Shown here: one piece after another, positions 45,482 through 54,652 of the stretch
How the letters are laid out: the number at the start of each line of letters is the position of its first letter
Numbering within the stretch: the first letter of the stretch is position 1
IMG/VR virus record: IMGVR_UViG_3300020438_000007
Coordinates: 1 to 64,000 of that record
Strand: one strand, 5' to 3'
Length of the DNA: 64,000 bases
Position numbers and translations under genes: made by a program
Notes under the pieces: model-generated
What the model was told of the DNA's origin: nothing
Databases searched by the model: none
The model's input: the letters and a program-made list of their open reading frames with translations, nothing else

Positions 45482-47759
45482 ACTCTTGCTCCTCGGATAG
45501 TTCTGTGAATAGTTTTTCTAATTGTGGTTTCGCATCGTCAAGGTCTACATCATCACTCTTCATATCATAAGTATTCTGATAGTATGAGGTCTTCCAACCA
45601 TATTTGTATGTGGCGAGAAGATCCTGTGCCATAACAGAAATAGGCACTTCATTATCTGGATACTGGGTTGGATTATAACTCCAGTTCCCACTGATGGCCT
45701 GATCAAAGAACTTCTGCATTACTGCAACTACCTTGATGTACCCATCATTACCTTCCATATCCCATAGTAGGGTATAGTTATTTTTCAAATGTCCATAAGA
45801 CGGAACAACTTGCTTAAGAGGTCCTTTCTTTGATTTTTTAATGGACAAGTAGTCTCTAGGAGGCTCGATTCCATTTGTTGCGTTTGACACAACGGAACTG
45901 CTCTCTGAAGGCATCTGTGCGGACAGAGTGCTGTGCCTGAGTCCGTGTTCTTTGATAGATTCCCTAAGACTACCCCAATCATGATTCAATCCTACCTGTG
46001 TAATCTCATCTACATCTCTTTTGTATGTATCAATCGGTAGGATTCCATCTGCATATTTTGTGGATCCAAAGTCAGGACATCTACCTTTTTCTTTTGCTAG
46101 TTGATTAGATGATCTCAACAGATAGTATTGGAATGATTCGGTAAGTTTATGTACCGTATCCCAAGCACCTTGTGAGTCGTACTTGTGTCCATTCTTAGCA
46201 AGATAATGTGCAAGACCAATGAAACCTATTCCAAGGGATCTACGACCCAGTGTGGCAAGTTCTGCCGCTTTCACAGGATAGTCTTGATAGTCAATCAACT
46301 CTTCTAGAGATCTCACAGAGAGGTCACAAAGGTCTTCCAACTCTTCTAATCTAGTGATCTTACCTACATTGATGGCAGATAGGATACAGAGTGCAATCTC
46401 ACCGTCTATGGCATCAATATGTTGAAGAGGTTCTGTGGGTAGAGTGATCTCTTGGCAGAGATTACTCATACTTATCTTATCCTTGAAGGAAGAGTGTTCA
46501 TTACAGTGATCAATATTCATGATATAGATACGACCTGTCTCTGCTCTCTCCTTAAGGAGAGACATTATTAGTTTTTGAGCTCCGATTGTGGTCTTGGGGA
46601 TTGATTCATCCAGTTCGTAACGGCAATATAACTCATCAAAGTCAGGGGTCCCAAAACTCTCAAACAAGTCAGGACAACTATGGGGAGAAAAAAGCGTGAT
46701 TTCTTTATCTTCGATAAACCTTTCATAGAAAAGTTTTGAGATTTGGATTGAGTAGTCGAGTTTTCTGACACGGTTATCTTCTGTTCCTTTGTTGTTCTTG
46801 AGAACTAAAATGTCCTCTATTTCTTGGTGCCAAATGGGGAAGTGTACCGTCGCGCTTCCACCTCTGATGCCATTTTGAGTGCAACATCTGACAGTGCTCT
46901 CAAACTTTTTAAGAAACGGTACGACACCCGTGTGTTGAACCTCTCCGCCCCTGATCTTACTGTTGATCCCACGGATGCGGCCTGCGTTGATACCGATACC
47001 AGCCCTCTGAGCGACATAGCGACCGATGGCCATATCACTACTAAAAATACTATCCAAGGTGTCGTCAACATCAACCAGAACGCAAGACGCAAACTGCCGA
47101 ATGGGTGTTCGTACACCTCCCATGATGGGGGTTGGGATGTTGATTTTGTGTCGGGAAATGGCATTGTAGTAACGTGTAACGTAATCGAGTCTTGACTCTG
47201 GTGGATACTCTGCAAAGATAGTCATTGCAATGAGCAAGTACATGAACTGTGGTGTCTCGTATAGAGACCCAGTGCTTCTATCCTGTACAAGATACTTGTC
47301 AACAACTTGTCTTAGACCAGCATAGGTGAACAAATAGTCACGGTCGTGGTCAATAATTTTATCTAAAGATTCAATTTCTGATTTAGAATACTTAGTAAGT
47401 ATATCACTATCATATATACCCTTCCCAATTCCTCGATTGATCTGATCAATCAGTGTTGGCAGTTCATGAATTCTACCGTATAAGTTCTTACGGAGACCAA
47501 AGAGAAGAAGTCTAGCAGCAACATATTGATAGTTTGGAAATTCCAAATCAATCAGATCACTTGCCGACTTGACGAGGATGCCTTGGATTTCGGAGGTGTT
47601 AATTCCATCATAGAATTGGATTCCAGATTGGATTTCGACTTGACTTGCAGATACCCCTGCAAGACCTTCACAAGCTTGTTCAACCATCTTGTGCATCTTT
47701 TCTAAGTCAAGAGGCTCAATGTGTCCAGCTCTCTTTACTACTTTAATCCCATTGCTCAT
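45462..47759 (-). CDS. nrdA: Ribonucleotide reductase class Ia alpha subunit
   Basis: ATP cone, QFASCVL, SNLCQEI, KTSYY and C-terminal CDSC; no intein or intron. Confidence 0.98.
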   Translation of the reverse strand: MSNGIKVVKRAGHIEPLDLEKMHKMVEQACEGLAGVSASQVEIQSGIQFYDGINTSEIQGILVKSASDLIDLEFPNYQYVAARLLLFGLRKNLYGRIHELPTLIDQINRGIGKGIYDSDILTKYSKSEIESLDKIIDHDRDYLFTYAGLRQVVDKYLVQDRSTGSLYETPQFMYLLIAMTIFAEYPPESRLDYVTRYYNAISRHKINIPTPIMGGVRTPIRQFASCVLVDVDDTLDSIFSSDMAIGRYVAQRAGIGINAGRIRGINSKIRGGEVQHTGVVPFLKKFESTVRCCTQNGIRGGSATVHFPIWHQEIEDILVLKNNKGTEDNRVRKLDYSIQISKLFYERFIEDKEITLFSPHSCPDLFESFGTPDFDELYCRYELDESIPKTTIGAQKLIMSLLKERAETGRIYIMNIDHCNEHSSFKDKISMSNLCQEITLPTEPLQHIDAIDGEIALCILSAINVGKITRLEELEDLCDLSVRSLEELIDYQDYPVKAAELATLGRRSLGIGFIGLAHYLAKNGHKYDSQGAWDTVHKLTESFQYYLLRSSNQLAKEKGRCPDFGSTKYADGILPIDTYKRDVDEITQVGLNHDWGSLRESIKEHGLRHSTLSAQMPSESSSVVSNATNGIEPPRDYLSIKKSKKGPLKQVVPSYGHLKNNYTLLWDMEGNDGYIKVVAVMQKFFDQAISGNWSYNPTQYPDNEVPISVMAQDLLATYKYGWKTSYYQNTYDMKSDDVDLDDAKPQLEKLFTELSEEQECDSCTI

Positions 47760-48757
47760 ACTCGTTTCCAGGCTTGTAATTTTAATTTGGCTTCTAAACC
47801 TTGGTAGATATTTGATTCTACCACTCTTTGCACACTTTGTCCACTGAGATACATATCATTTATGTCCTTTTCAAGAATATTCTTAGGGAAGATTACGACT
47901 CTATCACCCTTATCGATAGTGGTGGCAAGTCTTTCGACTATTTGTCTGTTCCTTGGTTCATTGTCATATACCCATACAGGATTAGTGATTCCCCATTTGG
48001 AAACATCACCATCCGCTCCACACATTGCGATTGAATTAGGAATGAATGTGGAGTCAAATGGTCCTTCTGTAACGTAAACAGTTTTTCCAGTATTGATATC
48101 ATCAAGACCATAAATCTTCGGAGCATCGTCCTCCAACATGATCGTAATATATTTGATCTTGGATCTAGAGAGCAAAGATCTCCCTTGGTATCCTACAAGT
48201 GTACCTTTGTACCTAAGCGGAATGATGATTCTCGGTTCATCATTGTTGACATCATCAAACGTGTGCTTTTGTGCATTAGTCCACTCCTTAAAGTTTTTAC
48301 AGTAGTACAAATTTTCTAGTATTTTACCAGTAATTTCTCTACTCTGTTCTAGGTATGTTCGAGCGGGGTGTGATGTATTTAGACTGGCGATATTTTCTAG
48401 ATCTATCTTAAATTTGTCTTTAATAAATACAGGTTTTGGTATGTCAAATTTAGGTACAGGAGTGTTAGATCCCAGTCCCACAGTACCTTTCTTGTACCTC
48501 TCCATGATATACTGCTTGTGTAAAACAGTATCTTGATCCCGAAGAAAATTAGTAAGTGTCTTAGAAACGCCACAGTTATGACACTTAAAATTATAATCAT
48601 TTTTTATAGGATATAGGAATCCCCTTGCTTTATTCTTATGCTTACTAGAATCCCCACAGTAAGGGCATCTGAAATTATATAATCCTCTACTCTTCTTTGA
48701 AAACTTTTGTAGTCTAGCTGATACTAAACTTATGTATTTGCTGTCTACTAGGTTCAA
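47756..48757 (-). CDS. DNA primase (T4 gp61-like)
   Basis: CPYCGDS...CHNC Zn finger; TOPRIM EGPFD and DNE motifs. Confidence 0.95.
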   Translation of the reverse strand: MNLVDSKYISLVSARLQKFSKKSRGLYNFRCPYCGDSSKHKNKARGFLYPIKNDYNFKCHNCGVSKTLTNFLRDQDTVLHKQYIMERYKKGTVGLGSNTPVPKFDIPKPVFIKDKFKIDLENIASLNTSHPARTYLEQSREITGKILENLYYCKNFKEWTNAQKHTFDDVNNDEPRIIIPLRYKGTLVGYQGRSLLSRSKIKYITIMLEDDAPKIYGLDDINTGKTVYVTEGPFDSTFIPNSIAMCGADGDVSKWGITNPVWVYDNEPRNRQIVERLATTIDKGDRVVIFPKNILEKDINDMYLSGQSVQRVVESNIYQGLEAKLKLQAWKRV

Positions 48758-49142
48758 TGTTGACTACTCTTTCGACTCCTAGTATAACAGATGATTGATT
48801 ATTCTGCAACCCCTGTAGGAGTTTCTGACCCATAGGACTGACGAAAACAGATATGACACCAATACCACCAGCGATTGTCCACATCTTCTTCTCCATCATC
48901 CTCAGGCGTTCCTCTACCTTTCTTATATCTCTCTCACATCCCTTCTTAATTTCTGTTGTTGACTTATCTAAGTCCTTGTGTAATGATTCTACCTTCTCGA
49001 ATAGAACTGCATCTATCCTGTCTTGCTTATCAAGCTTCTCATTATGGACAGCAAGAAGTTGCCCCATCTTTACAGAGTTCTCCTGTAATGAGTCTACAAC
49101 TCTTTCGAGTCTTTCTATTATAGCAGTGTTAATGTCAGACAT
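48714..49142 (-). CDS. Coiled-coil protein with a C-terminal TM segment
   Basis: Start at MSDINT; heptad pattern followed by WTIAGGIGVISVFV. Confidence 0.8.
   Translation of the reverse strand: MSDINTAIIERLERVVDSLQENSVKMGQLLAVHNEKLDKQDRIDAVLFEKVESLHKDLDKSTTEIKKGCERDIRKVEERLRMMEKKMWTIAGGIGVISVFVSPMGQKLLQGLQNNQSSVILGVERVVNIEPSRQQIHKFSIS
48781..48809 (-). promoter_or_regulatory. Internal sigma70-like promoter for primase-nrdAB
   Basis: TTGCAG(48809-48804)-17 bp-TATACT(48786-48781) with a TGn extension; lies inside the upstream CDS. Confidence 0.55.
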
Positions 49143-49209
49143 TATTGATTCTTCGGAAGTGCCTTCCACAAACTAGGTGTTTATACTTCGTAAATATTTA
49201 TGAATTTTA

Positions 49210-49365
49210 TTATCTCTTTTTATTTGCTGCTTCTTTCCACCTTCTCAATATTGTTCCCTTAAAAGGTAGATCATATCCAGCAACAGGACCTTTGGAATCT
49301 GCAGCAGAAGTGAAACCACCTGTACCAGCAGTCATCATCTCATTAAATTCCTTAAAAGTCTTCAT
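49210..49365 (-). CDS. Small protein (51 aa) with a T4 IPI-like N-terminus, not in the ORF track
   Basis: MKTFKEFNEMMTAGTGGFTSAADSKGPVAGYDLPFKGTILRRWKEAANKKR; AAGGA SD; ATGA overlap. Confidence 0.75.
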   Translation of the reverse strand: MKTFKEFNEMMTAGTGGFTSAADSKGPVAGYDLPFKGTILRRWKEAANKKR

Positions 49366-49736
49366 AATTCCTTGAGACACTGTAAACAAGTATCATCCAT
49401 AGGCACTTCATGTAGTGCCGATTTGGGATACTCAGGAAATCTACCTAAGTATACAACAAAAGTTTTAACAACAGGCCAGAGATCCTTATCTATCTTAAAA
49501 AATAGAAGAGGTGTCGCTGCTTCACCAAAAACATTGTAGAGGATTATGAAATGGTTAATAAGTAAATGGGCTTTCAAAACGCCAGTAGTTTTATAGCGTT
49601 TCAAAAGCCTCTTTACCCATTTGAATCTTTTCAGATCTTCTTCAAAATCTTCCTTGGTGACTGCGTGAGGGTTTTCGTAATTCTTAATTGCAAAAATTAC
49701 ATAATTATTTTCATTCAGTTCAGAAAACTTCATCAA
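49362..49736 (-). CDS. Conserved T4-like phage hypothetical protein
   Basis: FAIKNYENP...DLKRFKWVKRLL...INHFIILYNVFG. Confidence 0.85.
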   Translation of the reverse strand: MMKFSELNENNYVIFAIKNYENPHAVTKEDFEEDLKRFKWVKRLLKRYKTTGVLKAHLLINHFIILYNVFGEAATPLLFFKIDKDLWPVVKTFVVYLGRFPEYPKSALHEVPMDDTCLQCLKEL

Positions 49737-49764
49737 TCATTTAATTCTATATTATGTAGGTCGT

Positions 49765-50355
49765 TTATGCAACGACTGTAATCGATCCAGCAGCAGTTCC
49801 GATTGAAGCAATGTTAGTAATTGTGGAGTTGGTAGCTTTACCAGCATCCTTAATTGTTCCACTGTTCAATGCAAGTGCGTTTGCACCAATGACTAAAACG
49901 TCATCTTCGTTAGTTGCAGCGTTAGCAGCACCAAGAGTGATTCTGAATACTAATTCGTTAGTACCTGTTCCACTAGTATATGCTGCAGCGTGTGGTCCAC
50001 GACCTGATCCAGTACCTTGGTTTCCGTTAGTAATGGCAAGTGTAGGTGTTCCACCTGTTGTAACAACATCTACTGCTTCGTTAAATCTAACTCGTACATC
50101 AATGTTACCACCATCTGACTTGTCAAATGCGGTTGTGATGAATTCGATTTGTGTAATGTCTGCAGCACCGATACTTGTAGCGAGTTCACCAATAGCAACC
50201 AGAATCTCTGGATCTGCATTAGCGTTGTCGTTACCAGTTAAGGCACCATTTTCTAACACCCAACCAGACTTTGTAGCAAAACATTGCTTCTTCTGTTCGT
50301 CGGTCAGAAACTTAGGCTTTGACTCGTCCGAGTCGGTTGCTCCCCAAAGAGGCAT
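49765..50355 (-). CDS. Putative structural protein with an Ig-like beta domain
   Basis: MPLWG start; VRFNEAVDV...YTSGTGTNELVF; late motif at 50397-50391. Confidence 0.75.
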   Translation of the reverse strand: MPLWGATDSDESKPKFLTDEQKKQCFATKSGWVLENGALTGNDNANADPEILVAIGELATSIGAADITQIEFITTAFDKSDGGNIDVRVRFNEAVDVVTTGGTPTLAITNGNQGTGSGRGPHAAAYTSGTGTNELVFRITLGAANAATNEDDVLVIGANALALNSGTIKDAGKATNSTITNIASIGTAAGSITVVA

Positions 50356-50400
50356 GGGCTTTTCTCCAATTTAAGACTTCTTTCTAGATTTATTTATGGT

Positions 50401-50595
50401 TTAGCGGCTTTGAATCGAAGCTTTAACCGTCTCAAGTAACTTGTCATCCATGTCTGTCTTAGTCATTTTGACTGCTTTAGACAGAATAACGAGGCACAAG
50501 TCAATTAATTTCTCACCAAGTTCCGCATCATCGGGAATCTTAGCGACGGCATCTGATACAATTTTAGATGCAAAGGGTAGTAAAAAAGATAGCAT
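50401..50595 (-). CDS. Hypothetical amphipathic protein
   Basis: 64 aa; TKTDMDDKLL motif. Confidence 0.75.
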   Translation of the reverse strand: MLSFLLPFASKIVSDAVAKIPDDAELGEKLIDLCLVILSKAVKMTKTDMDDKLLETVKASIQSR

Positions 50596-50631
50596 AATCT
50601 TATAGCAAGTTACACTATATATACGAGCACT

Positions 50632-51735
50632 TTATAAAAAACTATCAAACATTTTCTCTCTGAATTGTAGGTTCCAATCTAGTATGTAATTCCAATTACA
50701 TTTAGTAGGATCGATACCCTCATAAAGTTCTTTCGCACCCTTACTAGCCATCTGCCAGAAAGGAGTATCAAAGTTAGAACCATTTAGATAGTGTAAGTTG
50801 ATGAACTTAATTACTTCATCCATGATACTTTGGTACATATTATTGTCGTACTTATTATCTAAGATCAGATCTATAATCATTCCATTTATTAGACCATAAC
50901 AACCAAGAGATGTTGCTTGTATGGGTTCTAGAAACAAGGCACGGTTACCATTGACAAATATATTACCATCTTCATTGACTAGACTCTTAGCATAGTAGTT
51001 CTTAAAGGAGAACTCTCTGCAATCTCTACTGTGGGACTCAATCTGATACTCTTGTAGGATATCTATGAGACTTGATTGTGCTTCTAGTTGTGATGTAATA
51101 TTAGAATTATACAAGTAACCCCAACCACTTCTATCTCTTAAAGGTATACCAAACATCCACCCATGTTCATGAGCAATATGGTAGGTATACTCCCAATCTC
51201 CAGGCGTGTATGACTTTACTACGATACCAGAGTCTAAGTAAACTTTATCTGTGATAATATAATCAGAGTAATCCTCTGGATATCCTCTACAATCAACTAC
51301 AAAATCATATACTTCACCATCAATAGATACCTTTTTACCTAAAGACTTTATTTCTTTTACTGTCCTAAGTTTTTCTGAGAAGTTCTGATACATCTTATTG
51401 AGCCTAGGTAAGATAAACCTAGGCAATTTTGTAGTATCAAACTGTATTCCATATGATCCAGAAGCAAAAGGAATGAAATGATCGCCATTCCAATTCTTAA
51501 ATTGAACTCCAAACTTTATAGTAGAACCTAGTTCATCTGCATCAAAATGATGAACATAGTCCACACCACAACTCAAGGCATGTGGAAATGAAACCAGAGA
51601 AGACTCACCAACTTCTATAGGATTGATGGTTCTACTATGGATTAGATCTACCTTAAAAAACTTTGGCAGTGACTCTAAGAGGGAAACAATACAATATAGT
51701 CCCGCTGTACCAGCACCGACTACGGCTACTTTCAT
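50632..51735 (-). CDS. Flavin-dependent halogenase-like protein (tryptophan halogenase family, short form)
   Basis: GAGTAG, VGES, TIKFGV.F, DCRG, GWMFGIPL and FLEPIQATS motifs. Confidence 0.85.
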   Translation of the reverse strand: MKVAVVGAGTAGLYCIVSLLESLPKFFKVDLIHSRTINPIEVGESSLVSFPHALSCGVDYVHHFDADELGSTIKFGVQFKNWNGDHFIPFASGSYGIQFDTTKLPRFILPRLNKMYQNFSEKLRTVKEIKSLGKKVSIDGEVYDFVVDCRGYPEDYSDYIITDKVYLDSGIVVKSYTPGDWEYTYHIAHEHGWMFGIPLRDRSGWGYLYNSNITSQLEAQSSLIDILQEYQIESHSRDCREFSFKNYYAKSLVNEDGNIFVNGNRALFLEPIQATSLGCYGLINGMIIDLILDNKYDNNMYQSIMDEVIKFINLHYLNGSNFDTPFWQMASKGAKELYEGIDPTKCNWNYILDWNLQFREKMFDSFL

Positions 51736-51948
51736 TTAGTCTTTCCAACCACCTGCTTTTAACCAGTTATTGTAGTGTGGATTATCCCAGTTATCACTAA
51801 TCTCATAAGATGGAATGACAACCTCTTGGATATATCTACGATTCTCTTCCACAAGTCTTACCTTGTGATCTATCTGAGCACCCCACCAAACTGCTGCACC
51901 TACTTGTGCTGCTAAGAATGTGAGTAATGGTATTGGTAAATTTTTCAT
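51736..51948 (-). CDS. Hypothetical membrane-anchored protein
   Basis: 70 aa with an N-terminal hydrophobic segment. Confidence 0.7.
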   Translation of the reverse strand: MKNLPIPLLTFLAAQVGAAVWWGAQIDHKVRLVEENRRYIQEVVIPSYEISDNWDNPHYNNWLKAGGWKD

Positions 51949-51949
51949 T

Positions 51950-52414
51950 TTAACCCTCGTTTAGTGTACCTCTAGATCTACGGAGAACTCGTAGTTCCTC
52001 AAAGTCTTTTTGTTTTTTACCACCATCATATGGCCAAGCATAACCCTCACCAATCATTTCTTCGTTGATTGACACAGGCTCGTCCCCAATGTAAAGCCAA
52101 CCAAGAAGACGCCCATATTTGCCAACCCCACCGACAAGTTCAGTACGGATAAGAAGATCATCGTCACCAGCCACCGCCTTCTGGAGTTTCTCTTTGAGCC
52201 AATTCGTCGCATCAATTCCAAGAGCTTTCTCCTCTAAGTCTCTAGTTCTTTTCTCAGGTGTGTCAATACCAGCAACTCGAACTCTCTCTTTCTTCGTCAG
52301 ATCAAATCCAAGATCAATAGTAACATCGATAGTATCTCCGTCAACTACCTTGTTAATTTTCGTCACTCGGAAGTTGTAACAACTCTTTCGTGACGGTGGG
52401 GTCATTGCTCCCAT
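51950..52414 (-). CDS. Thermonuclease (SNase) family nuclease
   Basis: VVDGDTID, RVRVAGIDTPE and GKYGRLLG motifs. Confidence 0.9.
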   Translation of the reverse strand: MGAMTPPSRKSCYNFRVTKINKVVDGDTIDVTIDLGFDLTKKERVRVAGIDTPEKRTRDLEEKALGIDATNWLKEKLQKAVAGDDDLLIRTELVGGVGKYGRLLGWLYIGDEPVSINEEMIGEGYAWPYDGGKKQKDFEELRVLRRSRGTLNEG

Positions 52415-52604
52415 AGTAAAACTCCATTAATGCTTTATTTATGGAGTCTTCTGGGGAAGTTCTCCATCGTTTCCGCCTTTCATTTCTTGCTTCTTCAAAC
52501 GCTTCATAAAGTTGGTCGTATATATCATCCCCCATCATCGGACTTGCCATGACTGGCATGGCTGTCATGAGAGTGAGTAACATCATTCGGAAAAAAATGG
52601 TCAT
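52353..52604 (-). CDS. Hypothetical protein
   Basis: 83 aa ORF; start uncertain; overlaps both neighbours. Confidence 0.55.
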   Translation of the reverse strand: MTIFFRMMLLTLMTAMPVMASPMMGDDIYDQLYEAFEEARNERRKRWRTSPEDSINKALMEFYYGSNDPTVTKELLQLPSDEN

Positions 52605-52683
52605 ATCTTATAATATAGTATATTAGAATAGAAATTGCAACCAGCAGTATAAAAATCATCCATACAATACTCCAGACTATCAT
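52525..52683 (-). CDS. Small membrane protein (52 aa), not in the ORF track
   Basis: MIVWSIVWMIFILLVAISILIYYIIRYDHFFPNDVTHSHDSHASHGKSDDGG; ATGA overlap. Confidence 0.5.
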   Translation of the reverse strand: MIVWSIVWMIFILLVAISILIYYIIRYDHFFPNDVTHSHDSHASHGKSDDGG

Positions 52684-52910
52684 AATGTTCTCTCTTTTGA
52701 CTTAATGAGATCAATCCTTGCTCTTAAATTTACTTCAGAATCTCTTTGAAGATGTCCATAAAACATATTCATATGAGTTTCAACCGTCTTCCATCCATGA
52801 TATTTTTTATGAGATCTTACCTTCATATAGTAGTCATGGAGTAGAAGTTTGGCATCATGTACCGTCATCCACTCATGTATTAGAGTTAAGTTGATGGCAT
52901 CCTGTTCCAT
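52680..52910 (-). CDS. Hypothetical protein
   Basis: 76 aa ORF within an operon. Confidence 0.7.
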   Translation of the reverse strand: MEQDAINLTLIHEWMTVHDAKLLLHDYYMKVRSHKKYHGWKTVETHMNMFYGHLQRDSEVNLRARIDLIKSKERTL

Positions 52911-52911
52911 T

Positions 52912-53226
52912 TTACAAAGTCCTTTCTAATCTGGTTGTTGCTTGGTCGGGAAAGTCTCTAGGTCTACTGTCGGTTGCGTTGTCGGTCTTGGGAGAACCTT
53001 CGTTCGCCTTCATAGTATGTTGATAGTTTGGTCTTGGGTATCTGATACGAAAGGGATCAGGCATCCAGTATGTTACTTGCCATTCTTGTTCTGGACATAA
53101 CTCAAGATGTTTCTCTACAGTATGGGAGAAACTACCAAGTTGAATGTAACCATCGTGACTGACACATCTGCCATCGCCAGTGTCAACCAAGAACATCATT
53201 TTACTACTCAATCTCTTTGTCTCCAA
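52912..53226 (-). CDS. Hypothetical protein
   Basis: 104 aa ORF within an operon. Confidence 0.75.
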   Translation of the reverse strand: METKRLSSKMMFLVDTGDGRCVSHDGYIQLGSFSHTVEKHLELCPEQEWQVTYWMPDPFRIRYPRPNYQHTMKANEGSPKTDNATDSRPRDFPDQATTRLERTL

Positions 53227-53507
53227 TCGTCAGATCTTTCTTGATGAAACCAGTCTACCACTTCATCTGGATTAAAGAAACCCCTACGGTGATTGTTTGA
53301 ATCGGGGTCTCCTAAATTCAAACCGTTAAGAAAAGAATCGTCTGGATTCGTATTCATACGTCTTGCTGTACTCAGCATACCTCTTGCGGACGTATTTGCT
53401 TTTGCTAATTTCTGTGCCCATATCATATCATCTATACTTACTTCTGTGCCTGCTGCGATAGATTTACATATGCCTTCTAGGCGAAGGCGATAAGCGGTGG
53501 ATAGCAT
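53208..53507 (-). CDS. Conserved cyanophage hypothetical protein
   Basis: MLSTAYRLRLEGIC...DDWRQRD; TATAAAT upstream. Confidence 0.8.
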   Translation of the reverse strand: MLSTAYRLRLEGICKSIAAGTEVSIDDMIWAQKLAKANTSARGMLSTARRMNTNPDDSFLNGLNLGDPDSNNHRRGFFNPDEVVDWFHQERSDDWRQRD

Positions 53508-53541
53508 TTGTTAATGTGTAGTATTACTATAATTTATAATA

Positions 53542-54045
53542 CTACATTACCATAGACATTGCATGTTGCAATTCTTTAGCATGTTGTAATTCGTCTTCTG
53601 CAATCTCTTGTATCTTTGTATCTTCTGGATGAACACTTAAATATTTTGTGTAGGTTTCAAATGCGTGCTTTTCTATCTTCATGTTTATGTCGTAAGCGTC
53701 CACAGGATCAATGAGATAATACCCAACCATGATCCAATAATAAACCAGAACAAGATGCTTGGCACAGAAACGGTCGATCCAATATTTATTTCCTTCCCTG
53801 CGTTCCATCTCTTCCAAGTGTTCTGTTTCATTGAGAGCCTGATAGAAGTGTTCTTTCATCAAGTATATATGATCCTTTCCTCTAAGTCCAAGGGATTCTC
53901 TAAAGTGTAACACACTGATAAATGCAAAGTAGGGTGCTCTCGCAATGACTTCCAATACCCAGAACCTTTGGAAAGGTCTGTTATGGTAAAGGAAGTCAAG
54001 TATTCCTATGGTTACACTTAATATTATAGTGTTAAATTGTTTCAT
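53542..54045 (-). CDS. ptox: Plastoquinol terminal oxidase
   Basis: RFWVLEVIARAPYF, NETEHL, IEKHA..TY and DELQH diiron motifs. Confidence 0.95.
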   Translation of the reverse strand: MKQFNTIILSVTIGILDFLYHNRPFQRFWVLEVIARAPYFAFISVLHFRESLGLRGKDHIYLMKEHFYQALNETEHLEEMERREGNKYWIDRFCAKHLVLVYYWIMVGYYLIDPVDAYDINMKIEKHAFETYTKYLSVHPEDTKIQEIAEDELQHAKELQHAMSMVM

Positions 54046-54134
54046 TGTGCGTAGGCAATTTGCGGTAAGTATATCATTGCGAATGTAATTGCTGTAAATA
54101 TTATAATAGTAGATGCTATTGGGAAATGTTTCAT
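54042..54134 (-). CDS. Hydrophobic micropeptide (30 aa), not in the ORF track
   Basis: MKHFPIASTIIIFTAITFAMIYLPQIAYAQ; ATGA overlaps at both ends. Confidence 0.65.
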   Translation of the reverse strand: MKHFPIASTIIIFTAITFAMIYLPQIAYAQ

Positions 54135-54295
54135 ACGTCTTCTTTCAGAATTTCATACAAAGAAAAAGGATGTTCCTGTAGATAGGGAACATCCTTCTTC
54201 GCTTGTTCTTGTGCTTGAAATGAGGTTTCTGCGTATTCGCAGATATGATGCTCAAAATTCTCTTTGTCGTGCCAACCAAGGGTGTAGTGGGACAT
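54131..54295 (-). CDS. Small hypothetical protein (54 aa), not in the ORF track
   Basis: MSHYTLGWHDKENFEHHICEYAE...DVPYLQEHP; GGAG SD. Confidence 0.75.
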   Translation of the reverse strand: MSHYTLGWHDKENFEHHICEYAETSFQAQEQAKKDVPYLQEHPFSLYEILKEDV

Positions 54296-54320
54296 GATAG
54301 TTTCAACTCCAGTACGCTAT

Positions 54321-54328
54321 TATTTATA
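54321..54328 (-). promoter_or_regulatory. Late promoter TATAAATA for the ptox operon
   Basis: Exact T4 late consensus in an intergenic position. Confidence 0.7.
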
Positions 54329-54373
54329 ATAACATACTAGGTATAAACCACTAGTTATGTGTGGACTTACTGA

Positions 54374-54646
54374 CTATCCGATTGTGTATCCAGCTGCTGC
54401 ACCCAAGACTTCAGCATTGGCCGCAAAGATTGCTTCGGTTGATTTTTTCTCTACAAACTCAACAGTATTGGCCGGCATTGTGAACGTTCCTGTTGTGGTT
54501 GATCCACCAACAGAATCAATAACACTTACCAATCTTGCAGTGCTACCATTGTTAACAAGACGCACTACCGTCGCACTTCCGAATGTAGAAGCATTAGCAG
54601 CATCTGTGCCACATGCGGCTTGAGTTCCTTTTATGTTAGTTAACAT
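54374..54646 (-). CDS. Small putative structural protein
   Basis: 90 aa, Ala/Thr-rich and beta-type. Confidence 0.75.
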   Translation of the reverse strand: MLTNIKGTQAACGTDAANASTFGSATVVRLVNNGSTARLVSVIDSVGGSTTTGTFTMPANTVEFVEKKSTEAIFAANAEVLGAAAGYTIG

Positions 54647-54652
54647 GATTCC

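Noticed and set aside
115-47759. Introns or inteins in psbA, nrdA or nrdB
   Set aside because: All three frames are continuous and of normal length.
49811-50374. Long antisense ORFs in the track (for example 49811-50374, 55209-55775, 34892-35374, 24955-25389)
   Set aside because: They are antisense shadows of real genes, explained by codon bias. They show no motifs or expression signals.
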